Positions 19,731 through 28,063 of a stretch of DNA of 61,478 bases are shown here, piece by piece (the stretch's first letter is position 1; each line of letters begins with the position of its first letter). The DNA comes from a virus. Taxonomy: Duplodnaviria; Caudoviricetes. Both the position numbers and the translations under genes were made by a program. The notes below the pieces were generated by a model. That model searched no databases. It saw only the letters and a program-made list of their open reading frames with translations, and was not told where the DNA came from. The stretch lies in the IMG/VR virus record IMGVR_UViG_3300020595_000038, positions 1-61,478 of that record, one strand, 5' to 3'.

Positions 19731-19807
19731 TGCCTGGTAGTTCAATTGGATAGAACAACAGACTTCTAATCTGTAGGTTGAGAGTTCGAGCCTCTCCCAG
19801 GTAACCA
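19731..19807 (+). tRNA. tRNA-Arg(UCU)
   Basis: Acceptor TGCCTGG/CCAGGTA, D arm GTTC/GAAC with GGA, anticodon arm ACAGA-CTTCTAA-TCTGT, T arm GAGAG-TTCGAGC-CTCTC, encoded CCA. Confidence 0.95.
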
Positions 19808-20030
19808 AAATTACCCTCGTTAAATTGATCCAGGTAATACTTACATGTGTTACCTGGTAGCACGAACCCTTACCCAATTCATAGTAATTACCCCCCAAAA
19901 AAAATCTCGGGCGGACGAAATAGTGCGAAAATCGTGCGTGATTTACTATCGTGCAAAAAGTTTTTTAAAGTTTTTTTCCTAGCGTTTACAGGTTGTACAG
20001 AGGTATTTACTAAAAAAAGTGTTATTCACA

Positions 20031-20063
20031 TTTGGTTGTTAATAAAAAAGGTTGTTATATTTG
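20031..20063 (+). promoter_or_regulatory. Bacteroidota housekeeping-sigma early promoter
   Basis: TTTG (20031-34), 21-nt spacer, TATATTTG (20056-63) matches the -33/-7 consensus. Confidence 0.85.
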
Positions 20064-20132
20064 TACCATCGTTCAACGAGTATGACACTCGAAACGCTTA
20101 TTAACTGAATATCAATTATTTAAACTGAAATT

Positions 20133-20378
20133 ATGAATTACTTAAGTACAGAACTGCAAACAGAATACCTTCCAAACTTCATAGGTATCAATGTCCACAA
20201 CGCTAGAATATCATACAGTAATTGGGGCGAGCATGGTGTTGATTTCAACTACTACAAAGATCCTTCTGATCCATTCAATCAACTATTTCAAGAAGATTTA
20301 CATAAGCCTTTTGCAGGCGGTACAGAATTTACTAGCAAAAAAGAAGCCTTAAGATTTATTAACTCTGTAAACCAATAA
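20133..20378 (+). CDS. Early hypothetical protein
   Basis: First ORF after the promoter. Confidence 0.6.
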   Translation: MNYLSTELQTEYLPNFIGINVHNARISYSNWGEHGVDFNYYKDPSDPFNQLFQEDLHKPFAGGTEFTSKKEALRFINSVNQ

Positions 20379-20381
20379 GCC

Positions 20382-20450
20382 ATGATCTTAATAGCAATCG
20401 CATTACCAATCGGATTAGCCGCAGCCTTCTTAAGAAGCAACAATTATTAA
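20382..20450 (+). CDS. 22-aa hydrophobic peptide
   Basis: MILIAIALPIGLAAAFLRSNNY begins 3 nt after the upstream stop. Confidence 0.4.
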   Translation: MILIAIALPIGLAAAFLRSNNY

Positions 20451-20486
20451 CTACCAATTTAATTTAAACTATTCAATATTATTATT

Positions 20487-20762
20487 ATGACAAATTCAAA
20501 TTACAACACCACAGCAAGATTCGACAGACATTCAAACTTCAATCCAATGATGATGTCTTTCATTCAAACAACGATCAACAACTTACGTAACGGAGGCTTC
20601 AGAGCATCTGACCTGGTTAACTCTCTTTACGGAATCTACGATGGTTATTACTACACGAACCTTAGAGCAGAAGCAGATCGTTTATATTCTCATGATATTT
20701 TCATGCTTAGAGATCTACATGCAATAGCAGACACCCTGGACAACATTACAGCCCAGGCTTAA
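20487..20762 (+). CDS. Early hypothetical protein
   Basis: 91-aa ORF; stop abuts hammerhead 1. Confidence 0.65.
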   Translation: MTNSNYNTTARFDRHSNFNPMMMSFIQTTINNLRNGGFRASDLVNSLYGIYDGYYYTNLRAEADRLYSHDIFMLRDLHAIADTLDNITAQA

Positions 20763-20816
20763 GATCACTGATGAGCCTGTGAGATCCAGGCGAAACTTCC
20801 TCCGGGAAGTCTGATT
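20763..20816 (+). ncRNA. Type I hammerhead ribozyme HH1
   Basis: GAUCA-CUGAUGA-GCCUG(UGAGAUC)CAGGC-GAA-ACUUCC(UCCG)GGAAGU-C/UGAUU; full core; cut after 20811. Confidence 0.93.
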
Positions 20817-20839
20817 AATACTAATTTAAACTAAGCAAT

Positions 20840-21175
20840 ATGAATACTGCAACAATTAAAAATGAATTAAAAGAGTACCTAAATGATTTTGTCGCTGACA
20901 ACAACGATGTTAAATGGAATAGCGAAGACAACGATTTACACCAGGAGGCATTTAACCAGGACTATTATTTAATTGGTTACTACAATTGTAATCAATGGCT
21001 AGAGAGTCACGACATCAATATTTTTGATGGTCTCAACTTTGTGCAAGATTACGAAAGAGAGAATTTTGGTGCTGAATCTGTTAGATCTTATCAAGATTCT
21101 GAAGCCCTGGTAAACATGATTACTTACATAATAGGCGAAGAAATAGTAAACGAATTATACACACAAACAATTTAA
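20840..21175 (+). CDS. Acidic early protein, possible Ocr-like DNA mimic
   Basis: 111 aa, D/E-rich, DNDLHQEAFNQDYY reminiscent of T7 Ocr DDLHDAIH; early position. Confidence 0.45.
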   Translation: MNTATIKNELKEYLNDFVADNNDVKWNSEDNDLHQEAFNQDYYLIGYYNCNQWLESHDINIFDGLNFVQDYERENFGAESVRSYQDSEALVNMITYIIGEEIVNELYTQTI

Positions 21176-21185
21176 ACTCAACAAT

Positions 21186-21443
21186 ATGAAAAACAATAAA
21201 ATATTACAGGAACACAGTACAGGAGACCTAATGGCAGAACTAAAGTCAAGAGGAAAATTTATAGACAATCTTTGGACAACACAAGATGTATTTGGAAGGT
21301 ATGATTGTACTGAAGCCGAAGCACAAGAAGTGCTATACGATGCACTAACCAACGATTCAACAATGGAGCAGATTTGGTTTGCTATAGACTTGGCTGCATA
21401 CGATAATGAATTAACTGAAAGAGAGGAGGCTAACAATGGATAG
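21186..21443 (+). CDS. Early acidic hypothetical protein
   Basis: 85-aa ORF. Confidence 0.6.
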   Translation: MKNNKILQEHSTGDLMAELKSRGKFIDNLWTTQDVFGRYDCTEAEAQEVLYDALTNDSTMEQIWFAIDLAAYDNELTEREEANNG

Positions 21444-21753
21444 TATTAATATAATTACAGCAAATGATTATTATAACGGATTGATAGCAGAATACATGGA
21501 TATGATTTTTGATGATAACGACAAGTCAATGATGATAGTAAAAACCCCACAAGGTAATGATATCATATACCTTGATGAACTTAAATACCACACCTCTTGG
21601 GATTGGCTCATGCCTGTAGTAGGAAAAATAAGTCGAGATGAAAGGTTTCTTGATAACGAATACAGAGAGACCCTATTGGATGTCGTTCCTTATGGACGTA
21701 TTCAAGATGTCGTAGATGCAGTAGCAAATTTCATTCTACACGTAAAAAAATAA
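21436..21753 (+). CDS. Early hypothetical protein (YHTSWDWLMPVV family)
   Basis: LKYHTSWDWLMPVVGKI motif, which I recall as recurrent in phage early genes. Confidence 0.65.
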   Translation: MDSINIITANDYYNGLIAEYMDMIFDDNDKSMMIVKTPQGNDIIYLDELKYHTSWDWLMPVVGKISRDERFLDNEYRETLLDVVPYGRIQDVVDAVANFILHVKK

Positions 21754-21754
21754 A

Positions 21755-21806
21755 ACAAACTGACGAGCCTGTGAGATCCAGGCGAAACGCTGAGAAGCGT
21801 CTTTGT
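21755..21806 (+). ncRNA. Type I hammerhead ribozyme HH2
   Basis: ACAAA-CUGACGA-GCCUG(UGAGAUC)CAGGC-GAA-ACGCU(GAGA)AGCGU-C/UUUGU; cut after 21801. Confidence 0.93.
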
Positions 21807-21826
21807 ATAACTAAAAAACAATTACA

Positions 21827-22258
21827 ATGCAGACTATTGAAAACCTTAATGCGATTATCAAATTAAACAAAGCCTTAAAAAACCACGATTGGTATTACGA
21901 AAGATCAGAAGATCCTAGAGTATATAGAAATGGTAGATCACAACGTAACGAGTTAAATATTCTTATGACTGCTATAGGTAATAAGTCTCTTGCTCTCTCC
22001 CTATACAATAAAGCATGTCCTTGGATTGAGATCATTGAATCTGATGAGGTCACCCCGGATCGTTTCAGCATGAGAGAACAAGCACAGGAATTAATAGACA
22101 ATGGAGACTCTACAGAAAAAGCAGAGGGATTTGGAATGATGAGAGTTTTGGATGCGATTATGGATGCTATTGAATATGAAGCAGACAAAGAAGAGGAGCA
22201 GCCAACAGACAGCGATTGTCTTGATCAGATTTACGCAATCTTAAACACCTCAGTATAA
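21827..22258 (+). CDS. Early hypothetical protein (HDWYY domain plus acidic domain)
   Basis: NHDWYYERSED motif; internal in-frame ATG at 22070. Confidence 0.6.
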   Translation: MQTIENLNAIIKLNKALKNHDWYYERSEDPRVYRNGRSQRNELNILMTAIGNKSLALSLYNKACPWIEIIESDEVTPDRFSMREQAQELIDNGDSTEKAEGFGMMRVLDAIMDAIEYEADKEEEQPTDSDCLDQIYAILNTSV

Positions 22259-22566
22259 TGGAAACTTTAAATATTATTAGACAACAGGTAACTACTAGAG
22301 GCGGAGGTATAGAAATATGCCTAGAAAATCAGGGTTATCCAGGAGAAAAAATGACAGCCTACCAAAACTATTTAGGAGGTGGAATTTTAGGTAGAATTGG
22401 TAACGATTGTACAATTAAAAATTGGGATGAGTCTAAACACCTGGTAGATCTCGCAGACAGTTTAGCAAAGATCATGCACAGGATGACAGCACCAATTTAT
22501 TTACAAGGTGAGGAACTTGAGCAAACATATAGTCAAAATCAATCTATGCCAATAAGTGCATACTAA
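22258..22566 (+). CDS. Early hypothetical protein
   Basis: TAATG-coupled to upstream ORF. Confidence 0.6.
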   Translation: METLNIIRQQVTTRGGGIEICLENQGYPGEKMTAYQNYLGGGILGRIGNDCTIKNWDESKHLVDLADSLAKIMHRMTAPIYLQGEELEQTYSQNQSMPISAY

Positions 22567-22577
22567 AATCAAAAACA

Positions 22578-22724
22578 ATGGCAGTTATAACAAGTAAAAA
22601 ACTAACAGAAGTCCAGGATCAATTAATAGATCTTGGATGGGAGACACAGAGAATGTCATCCTCGGGAATAGAATCCTATAATAAATTATGTAGAATATTT
22701 AATGTTGAAGAAGTAGAATTATGA
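22578..22724 (+). CDS. Hypothetical 48-aa protein
   Basis: Hand translated ...LIDLGWETQRMSSSGIESYNKL...; ATGA overlap with next ORF. Confidence 0.6.
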   Translation: MAVITSKKLTEVQDQLIDLGWETQRMSSSGIESYNKLCRIFNVEEVEL

Positions 22725-23086
22725 AACAAGAACAAGAGCAAGTATTTTACAGCGTAACGAAAGCAGTGATCTACGGACAGTTAATGCTTGAAGCGTTAGA
22801 CGATATTAAGGAACTATCAATTTTCAAGCACTCCTTAAAGCATAAGGTGAACCAGGTAGAAAAGGAATTGGAAAAGGAATTGGAAAAGTATATTAATCTG
22901 TTCGCTGAAAACGATGAGCAGTTTTATATGAATATCCAAAACCATATAGACAATTTAGTAACTAAACTTTCAATGCTAGGAGTCGAAGAACTTCCATTGG
23001 TAGCGAAGATCATTGATGAATACATTAACGATAAGGAACATTGGAAAGAGAACTTAACAATACAATTCAAACAATTAAATTCATAA
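22721..23086 (+). CDS. Hypothetical helical protein
   Basis: 121-aa ORF. Confidence 0.6.
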   Translation: MKQEQEQVFYSVTKAVIYGQLMLEALDDIKELSIFKHSLKHKVNQVEKELEKELEKYINLFAENDEQFYMNIQNHIDNLVTKLSMLGVEELPLVAKIIDEYINDKEHWKENLTIQFKQLNS

Positions 23087-23088
23087 GC

Positions 23089-23325
23089 ATGGGAACCAAT
23101 ATTAAAATGGGAAAGTTTATAAAAACGAATGTCCTTGACACGATCTCCAGGAAATATAAATATGATCCGGATCGATCTCTTGTTTATTTAAAAGAGATAA
23201 CAGCACAACTTCTAGAGGTTCAAGCCCTGGTAGATGAAACGACAGTGTACATGAATGATGTACTTGACATTAAAGAAAGAATACTAGCACAAGAATTTTT
23301 AACAAGACAAGGGGATGAGCAGTAA
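23089..23325 (+). CDS. Hypothetical protein
   Basis: Start moved to ATG 23089. Confidence 0.55.
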   Translation: MGTNIKMGKFIKTNVLDTISRKYKYDPDRSLVYLKEITAQLLEVQALVDETTVYMNDVLDIKERILAQEFLTRQGDEQ

Positions 23326-23488
23326 AGAAGATCAAGAGTTAAAAGCACAAATAAAAGAGATGTTTCCTAAAGGAACAAGTGAGCAATTTATAAACAATAT
23401 GTTTCACAGTTTAAGAGGTAAAAAAATGATATGGGATACTTTTTCTATGAACGATAGTAAAAATATAACAAAGAAGTTCACAGATTAA
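23315..23488 (+). CDS. Hypothetical 57-aa protein
   Basis: Hand translated MSSKEDQELKAQIKEMFPKG... Confidence 0.5.
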   Translation: MSSKEDQELKAQIKEMFPKGTSEQFINNMFHSLRGKKMIWDTFSMNDSKNITKKFTD

Positions 23489-23555
23489 ATATAAATAATG
23501 CTTAATTTAGCATTGTCAGACGATGAACGAAAGTTAAAAATTAATTAATACTCAA

Positions 23556-24125
23556 ATGAAAAAAGATATGACCACAGTAAACCACGATATAGATATTATT
23601 TGCGATGCAGTAGCAGTAGTAACTAAAGCAGATCCGCACGCTAAAGATAGAGCAAGAGAAAATGTTGATGCCAGGAGAATTGTTTATAAAATATGTAGAG
23701 AGATGTTGAACCTTACTTATATAAGGATATCAAAATATTTCAACAACAATCACGCTACAGTATTGCATGGTCTTAAACATTTTGATGCTTTATTTGAAAC
23801 GGATAAGGAATTTAGAAGGAATTACAATGCAGTGATGCAAGTAATATCTAGTGTAGAATTTGATAGCAACATCATTGACAGTCAAGATATCCTTGTCGAT
23901 TTTGTAAACTTAAAAACAGAGTCAATGGATATTAAACAAAAATATGAGATGCTGTTAAGATCCCTACATTTTAAAGTTACAGATAAAGTAGACGAGTTGC
24001 TTTCCCCAATCGATAATGAATTGTTACATAAGATAATTCAAGACGACAACTGTTCAAAGGATTTACAGCGTACTATTGGTAAAGTCTTGCAAGTAAAAGT
24101 AAAAAACATTATCTTAACACCCTAG
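23556..24125 (+). CDS. DnaA domain IV-like HTH protein
   Basis: ARRIVYKICRE...ISKYFNNNHATVLHGLK parallels DnaA RQIAMYL...IG..F..RDHTTVLHA. Confidence 0.8.
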   Translation: MKKDMTTVNHDIDIICDAVAVVTKADPHAKDRARENVDARRIVYKICREMLNLTYIRISKYFNNNHATVLHGLKHFDALFETDKEFRRNYNAVMQVISSVEFDSNIIDSQDILVDFVNLKTESMDIKQKYEMLLRSLHFKVTDKVDELLSPIDNELLHKIIQDDNCSKDLQRTIGKVLQVKVKNIILTP

Positions 24126-24268
24126 TTATCATTTAACTAGCGTACAAGTCTGATTACATAGATGTAGTCGGCACATAGAAATACGATTGTAAACAAAATA
24201 AAGATGATCGGGTCATAAGAAATCCTATGTCTGTCAACTTACAATTGTATCATTATTAACTAAACAAA

Positions 24269-24526
24269 ATGAGAAATAAGAAGAAACAACCAAGGAGGCA
24301 AAGATCGCAAGACATCTTTAGAAAAAAAGCACACGCATTACTTCAAATTCCGGAAATACCAACTACAGAGGTATGTCAGTATATCTACGGAACCAAAGCC
24401 AAGAAGAGTACATTAAACCAAAAGAAAACAGGAGCATCTCCCCTATTTTTTGAGGAGTCATGCAAGATTATAGAATACTATAGTCTTGTAGCCGATAAGA
24501 TAGATGAGATCATCGATGACGATTAG
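24269..24526 (+). CDS. Small basic HTH-like protein (regulator or excisionase candidate)
   Basis: TTEVCQYIYG...STLNQKKTG; directly upstream of a recombinase. Confidence 0.45.
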   Translation: MRNKKKQPRRQRSQDIFRKKAHALLQIPEIPTTEVCQYIYGTKAKKSTLNQKKTGASPLFFEESCKIIEYYSLVADKIDEIIDDD

Positions 24527-24580
24527 ATAACTCTAGTTAGTTCTATAACCCACATAACACAATTTTAAAAAAACCTTTCT

Positions 24581-25531
24581 ATGAATACAGGCAGTTTTAT
24601 CTCATTACTTAAGCAAGTCATTACTCTATTAGAGGATGGATCTATTTTAAACTATGGTAAGAAGTTTTCCAATCTTACTATTACCTCTTATAGACAAGTG
24701 TATAATCAGATGACTGCCTATAAGTTTAACTTTGACATAGAGAGTTTAGATCTTAATAACGTTAACAATAGAAAGGATAGACTTAAGGTCACCCGAAATT
24801 TACAGTCACATGTAAATAAATATCTAAATCTTATGTTGGACGATTGTAAACACCATAACACTAGAAAAACACACCTTAAGATCATACGAACTACACTTAA
24901 GAAAGCAGAAGCATATTACGGATATATGTTCCCAGGGCTACAAAGTATGAGAGAGTTACAAACAGAAGTCATTGCATTAGATCCAACACAGGTAGAGTTA
25001 ATACATAACAACAACCCGGGAATCGAACTCGAAGATGTTTGGTACTATACCAGGCTAATGCTATACTCTTGCATGAGGGTAAGTGATTTGGTAAACTTCC
25101 AGGCATCATCCGATGGAAGCGAAGTTACTATTATAACTAAAAAAGGAATCGGATCTATATCATCTTTCTATTTACCAAAAGATGTTCGTGATTTCCTGGA
25201 GGGGAAGGGATCTTTTTCTCATTCTCAACAATACTTTAGAGTTCAACTTAAAACGTTGCTTAAATCCTATAAACAATTACACGAAAAGAAAATAGTATAT
25301 ACTTATGATCACAATGGGAATCCTGTGCATGAGGAAAAATTTCTTTACGACATTATAACTCCACACAAATTAAGAGCAAGCGGAATTACTTACCACTTAT
25401 CAAAAGGCTTAAGTGAAATAGAGGCAAGGAATATTAGCGGTCACACAAATGGATCAACAGCATTCTACAGATACGTAAAGCACTCTAATAAATCTTCCAT
25501 AGAAAAACAAAAAAAATACTCAACATTATAA
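24581..25531 (+). CDS. Tyrosine recombinase
   Basis: Catalytic residues: CMRVSD, TKK, HKLR, SGH, RY. Confidence 0.9.
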   Translation: MNTGSFISLLKQVITLLEDGSILNYGKKFSNLTITSYRQVYNQMTAYKFNFDIESLDLNNVNNRKDRLKVTRNLQSHVNKYLNLMLDDCKHHNTRKTHLKIIRTTLKKAEAYYGYMFPGLQSMRELQTEVIALDPTQVELIHNNNPGIELEDVWYYTRLMLYSCMRVSDLVNFQASSDGSEVTIITKKGIGSISSFYLPKDVRDFLEGKGSFSHSQQYFRVQLKTLLKSYKQLHEKKIVYTYDHNGNPVHEEKFLYDIITPHKLRASGITYHLSKGLSEIEARNISGHTNGSTAFYRYVKHSNKSSIEKQKKYSTL

Positions 25532-25686
25532 TTACCGATATTTAGCACGAATGTTAACAAGTTAATAACTTATTAACAACACTATAGTTCAAGTAGTATA
25601 TAATTGTCATACATTTACCTAAGTATTATATAACTAATCAATATTAGACATTACAATTACCACGACATGAAATACCTATTAAGCAC

Positions 25687-25944
25687 ATGGTCAGATTTGA
25701 CTACGAGAACAAAGAAATTATTCATGATCGTAAGAGATTTTCATTAAGAGATTTCAAAATATTTATGCTTACCTATCACGAACAGATATGCATGGACAGT
25801 AGGATCAAAGACTGGAAATTTGACTGGGAATCCATCTTATTCCACGCTAGAAAATATTATATAGTAAATTTTTATTTAAACAATTTAAAAAACCAACAAA
25901 CAAATGAAACTGAAACGAAAACTGAAAAAAACATCAATAGGTAG
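25687..25944 (+). CDS. Hypothetical protein
   Basis: 85-aa ORF. Confidence 0.5.
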   Translation: MVRFDYENKEIIHDRKRFSLRDFKIFMLTYHEQICMDSRIKDWKFDWESILFHARKYYIVNFYLNNLKNQQTNETETKTEKNINR

Positions 25945-26437
25945 AGGAGTAGATATCGTGCCATGGATTGAAAGATTAAACTATTTTAATGATTACTTTA
26001 GACCGGAGGGCTATACCCTACAAACTGAGATAGTTGACATGAACGATAGTATTATTGTTATGACAGGAAAAGTTTATAATTCTGAACAGGTGATAGTGGC
26101 AGATGGCATAGCACACAAGAAATCCAACGAACCTTTCTCTTATCAGAAATGCCAATCCGGAGCCTTGAATCGTGCATTATTTATACTTGGAATAGTAGAT
26201 AGCGGAGAGGATTCTATAATGGATGAAGACGAAGCGAAAGAACTTCAAAGGAACAAAGCATCAAATGGATCAGATATATACCAATCTATGTTGGCATATG
26301 TAACTGTGGATTACACCGCTGTTGAAAAGCGAATACCTGCTAACAAATCACTCTTAACTAGTGATCAGATCAAGGAATTAAAAGCCCTGATCAATGCCGA
26401 GAAATCTAAAAAGGCAATAGCACAAGCAAGCAAATAA
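25904..26437 (+). CDS. Single-strand annealing protein (Rad52/Sak-like)
   Basis: WIERL...KCQSGALNRALFILGI; adjacent to YqaJ exonuclease. Confidence 0.65.
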   Translation: MKLKRKLKKTSIGRGVDIVPWIERLNYFNDYFRPEGYTLQTEIVDMNDSIIVMTGKVYNSEQVIVADGIAHKKSNEPFSYQKCQSGALNRALFILGIVDSGEDSIMDEDEAKELQRNKASNGSDIYQSMLAYVTVDYTAVEKRIPANKSLLTSDQIKELKALINAEKSKKAIAQASK

Positions 26438-26443
26438 ATATTT

Positions 26444-26508
26444 AGGGAGGCCTCAAGCCAACAAGAATTATTAGTAAGAGCATCCGCACTTACCAGGCCT
26501 CCCTTTTT
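26444..26508 (+). terminator. Terminator-like stem with structured internal insert
   Basis: AGGGAGGCCT/AGGCCTCCCT followed by TTTT. Confidence 0.5.
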
Positions 26509-26518
26509 CTAAAATGAA

Positions 26519-26674
26519 ATGATGAAAAGAGGAATTACAGAGAAATTATCAACTAGAATTACTTTTAGACTTACACCAAGAGAGGTTCAGAAACTACACA
26601 TGGCATGTGTATCAAAGAACAAAAATATATCTGAAGTAATTAGAGAGTCACTAAAACAAACCTGTGAAATATGA
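26519..26674 (+). CDS. Ribbon-helix-helix (CopG/Arc-like) protein, 51 aa
   Basis: Hand translated RITFRLTPREVQKL...NISEVIRESL; ATGA overlap with next gene. Confidence 0.75.
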   Translation: MMKRGITEKLSTRITFRLTPREVQKLHMACVSKNKNISEVIRESLKQTCEI

Positions 26675-27696
26675 GCAAGATAACTAGAATACCAACAGCC
26701 AACTTACCTTACGCAGAGTGGGTTGCATTAAGAAAAACATTAGTATATAAAGGAATGGTCGGAGGATCTGATGCCTCTACCTTATTAGGACTTAATCCCT
26801 GGACATCCAAGATCACAAGATGGAATCAGTCTGTAGGTACAGCCAACATGAAAAACATAGACAACGAGATTATGTTTCATGGTAGGTTGTTAGAAGATTA
26901 TGTGGCTGATCTATGGCAGTATTGGACAGGAGATCCAATTGAAATGATAGATAACTATCAAAGCAAAACTAAATTAAGAAAGTCCATCAGAAGAAATTCA
27001 ATTTTCATTAATGAGAAGTACCCTTTCTTGTTTGCTAACATTGATAGACAAATAACAAAGCACGATGAGATGTCCGGTAGAGGTGTATTGGAGATCAAAA
27101 CAATCTCAGGATACAATGCAGATAAATGGGAAGGCGGAATACCTCCTTACTACATAGCACAGATCCAATTATATATGCTTGTTTTAGGATATGACTACGG
27201 ACAGTTTGCTTTCCTGAAGGATGGAAGGCATATGGATGTTTTTACTGTTGAGGCTAATCAAAACATACAAGAAACTATTCTTATTGAAGGAGAAAAGTTT
27301 TATAACAGTGTCCAGGAAGCAAGAGGTATCATTGATATTGAAGGGGTTCAAGGAAACACTAATGATGCTTACAGACTTATATCTCATTTAGAGCCGGATG
27401 TTGAGAATGAGTACAAGGTTGACCTAGATCAGTTCTTATCTTTTAAGCATAAAGCAATGCTAGATAGAGTTAAGATAGACTCTGACGAAGAAATAACCGA
27501 ACTGACTCAGAGTTACATTCAATTTAGAGAGGATGAAAAGGTTGCAAAGTCCGGGAAACAATTGGCGATGCAACAGATCAAACAAATATTACTACACAGA
27601 CAGGCACAAGAAGTGGATTTTGGTGATAGTGGTAGAATCGTTTGGGGAAAGACCTTTAACGTAAGATACAAGGACGTAAAAAAACTAAACTTTTAA
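26671..27696 (+). CDS. YqaJ-like (lambda exonuclease family) protein
   Basis: GGSDAS, ANIDR, LEIKT, YIAQIQLYM. Confidence 0.9.
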   Translation: MSKITRIPTANLPYAEWVALRKTLVYKGMVGGSDASTLLGLNPWTSKITRWNQSVGTANMKNIDNEIMFHGRLLEDYVADLWQYWTGDPIEMIDNYQSKTKLRKSIRRNSIFINEKYPFLFANIDRQITKHDEMSGRGVLEIKTISGYNADKWEGGIPPYYIAQIQLYMLVLGYDYGQFAFLKDGRHMDVFTVEANQNIQETILIEGEKFYNSVQEARGIIDIEGVQGNTNDAYRLISHLEPDVENEYKVDLDQFLSFKHKAMLDRVKIDSDEEITELTQSYIQFREDEKVAKSGKQLAMQQIKQILLHRQAQEVDFGDSGRIVWGKTFNVRYKDVKKLNF

Positions 27697-27697
27697 G

Positions 27698-28063
27698 ATG
27701 AAATTACTAGATATTAAAAAAGGAATACTAAATAACCTAGCAGTTAGAAACTCACACACTCTAGAGGTAGATCCTGTATTGGAAGGCAACTCATATTTTG
27801 GACTATGCATTTTTGTAGGTGTATCAAGGATGTTCAACTTCTCTAAGGAAGAGATCCAGGAGTTTTTGTATGAACCAATGTCTCATGTTGAGTTTTTAGA
27901 AGAAAAGTTTTTGTCAATATTGGATACATACTTTAACACTAAAGAACCTAGTATAACAACTAAAGGTTTTTACACTAAAACTAACTTAATATTAAATCAT
28001 ATCAGACTTGAGCATCAAAAATCAGTTTCTCTTGCAGATATAATTAAAGATAAAATCAAATGA
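27698..28063 (+). CDS. Hypothetical protein
   Basis: 121-aa ORF in operon. Confidence 0.55.
   Translation: MKLLDIKKGILNNLAVRNSHTLEVDPVLEGNSYFGLCIFVGVSRMFNFSKEEIQEFLYEPMSHVEFLEEKFLSILDTYFNTKEPSITTKGFYTKTNLILNHIRLEHQKSVSLADIIKDKIK

Noticed and set aside
19808-19870. HDV-like theta ribozyme after the tRNA
   Set aside because: TTA-CCCTCGT-TAA resembles P3/L3, but there is no G-initiated P1 at the tRNA end and no P1.1 or P2
19662-20104. ORFs 19662..19898 and 19847..20104
   Set aside because: They overlap the tRNA antisense strand and the promoter; no protein features
22041-22068. CTGATGAG plus a small stem inside an ORF, possible third hammerhead
   Set aside because: GAAA is replaced by GTTT and there is no stem III or GUC; at most a hairpin before an internal ATG or a relic
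25531-25560. dif-like site after the recombinase
   Set aside because: Only a partial XerD-arm match (ATGTTAA) with wrong spacing; better explained by the DnaA-like boxes
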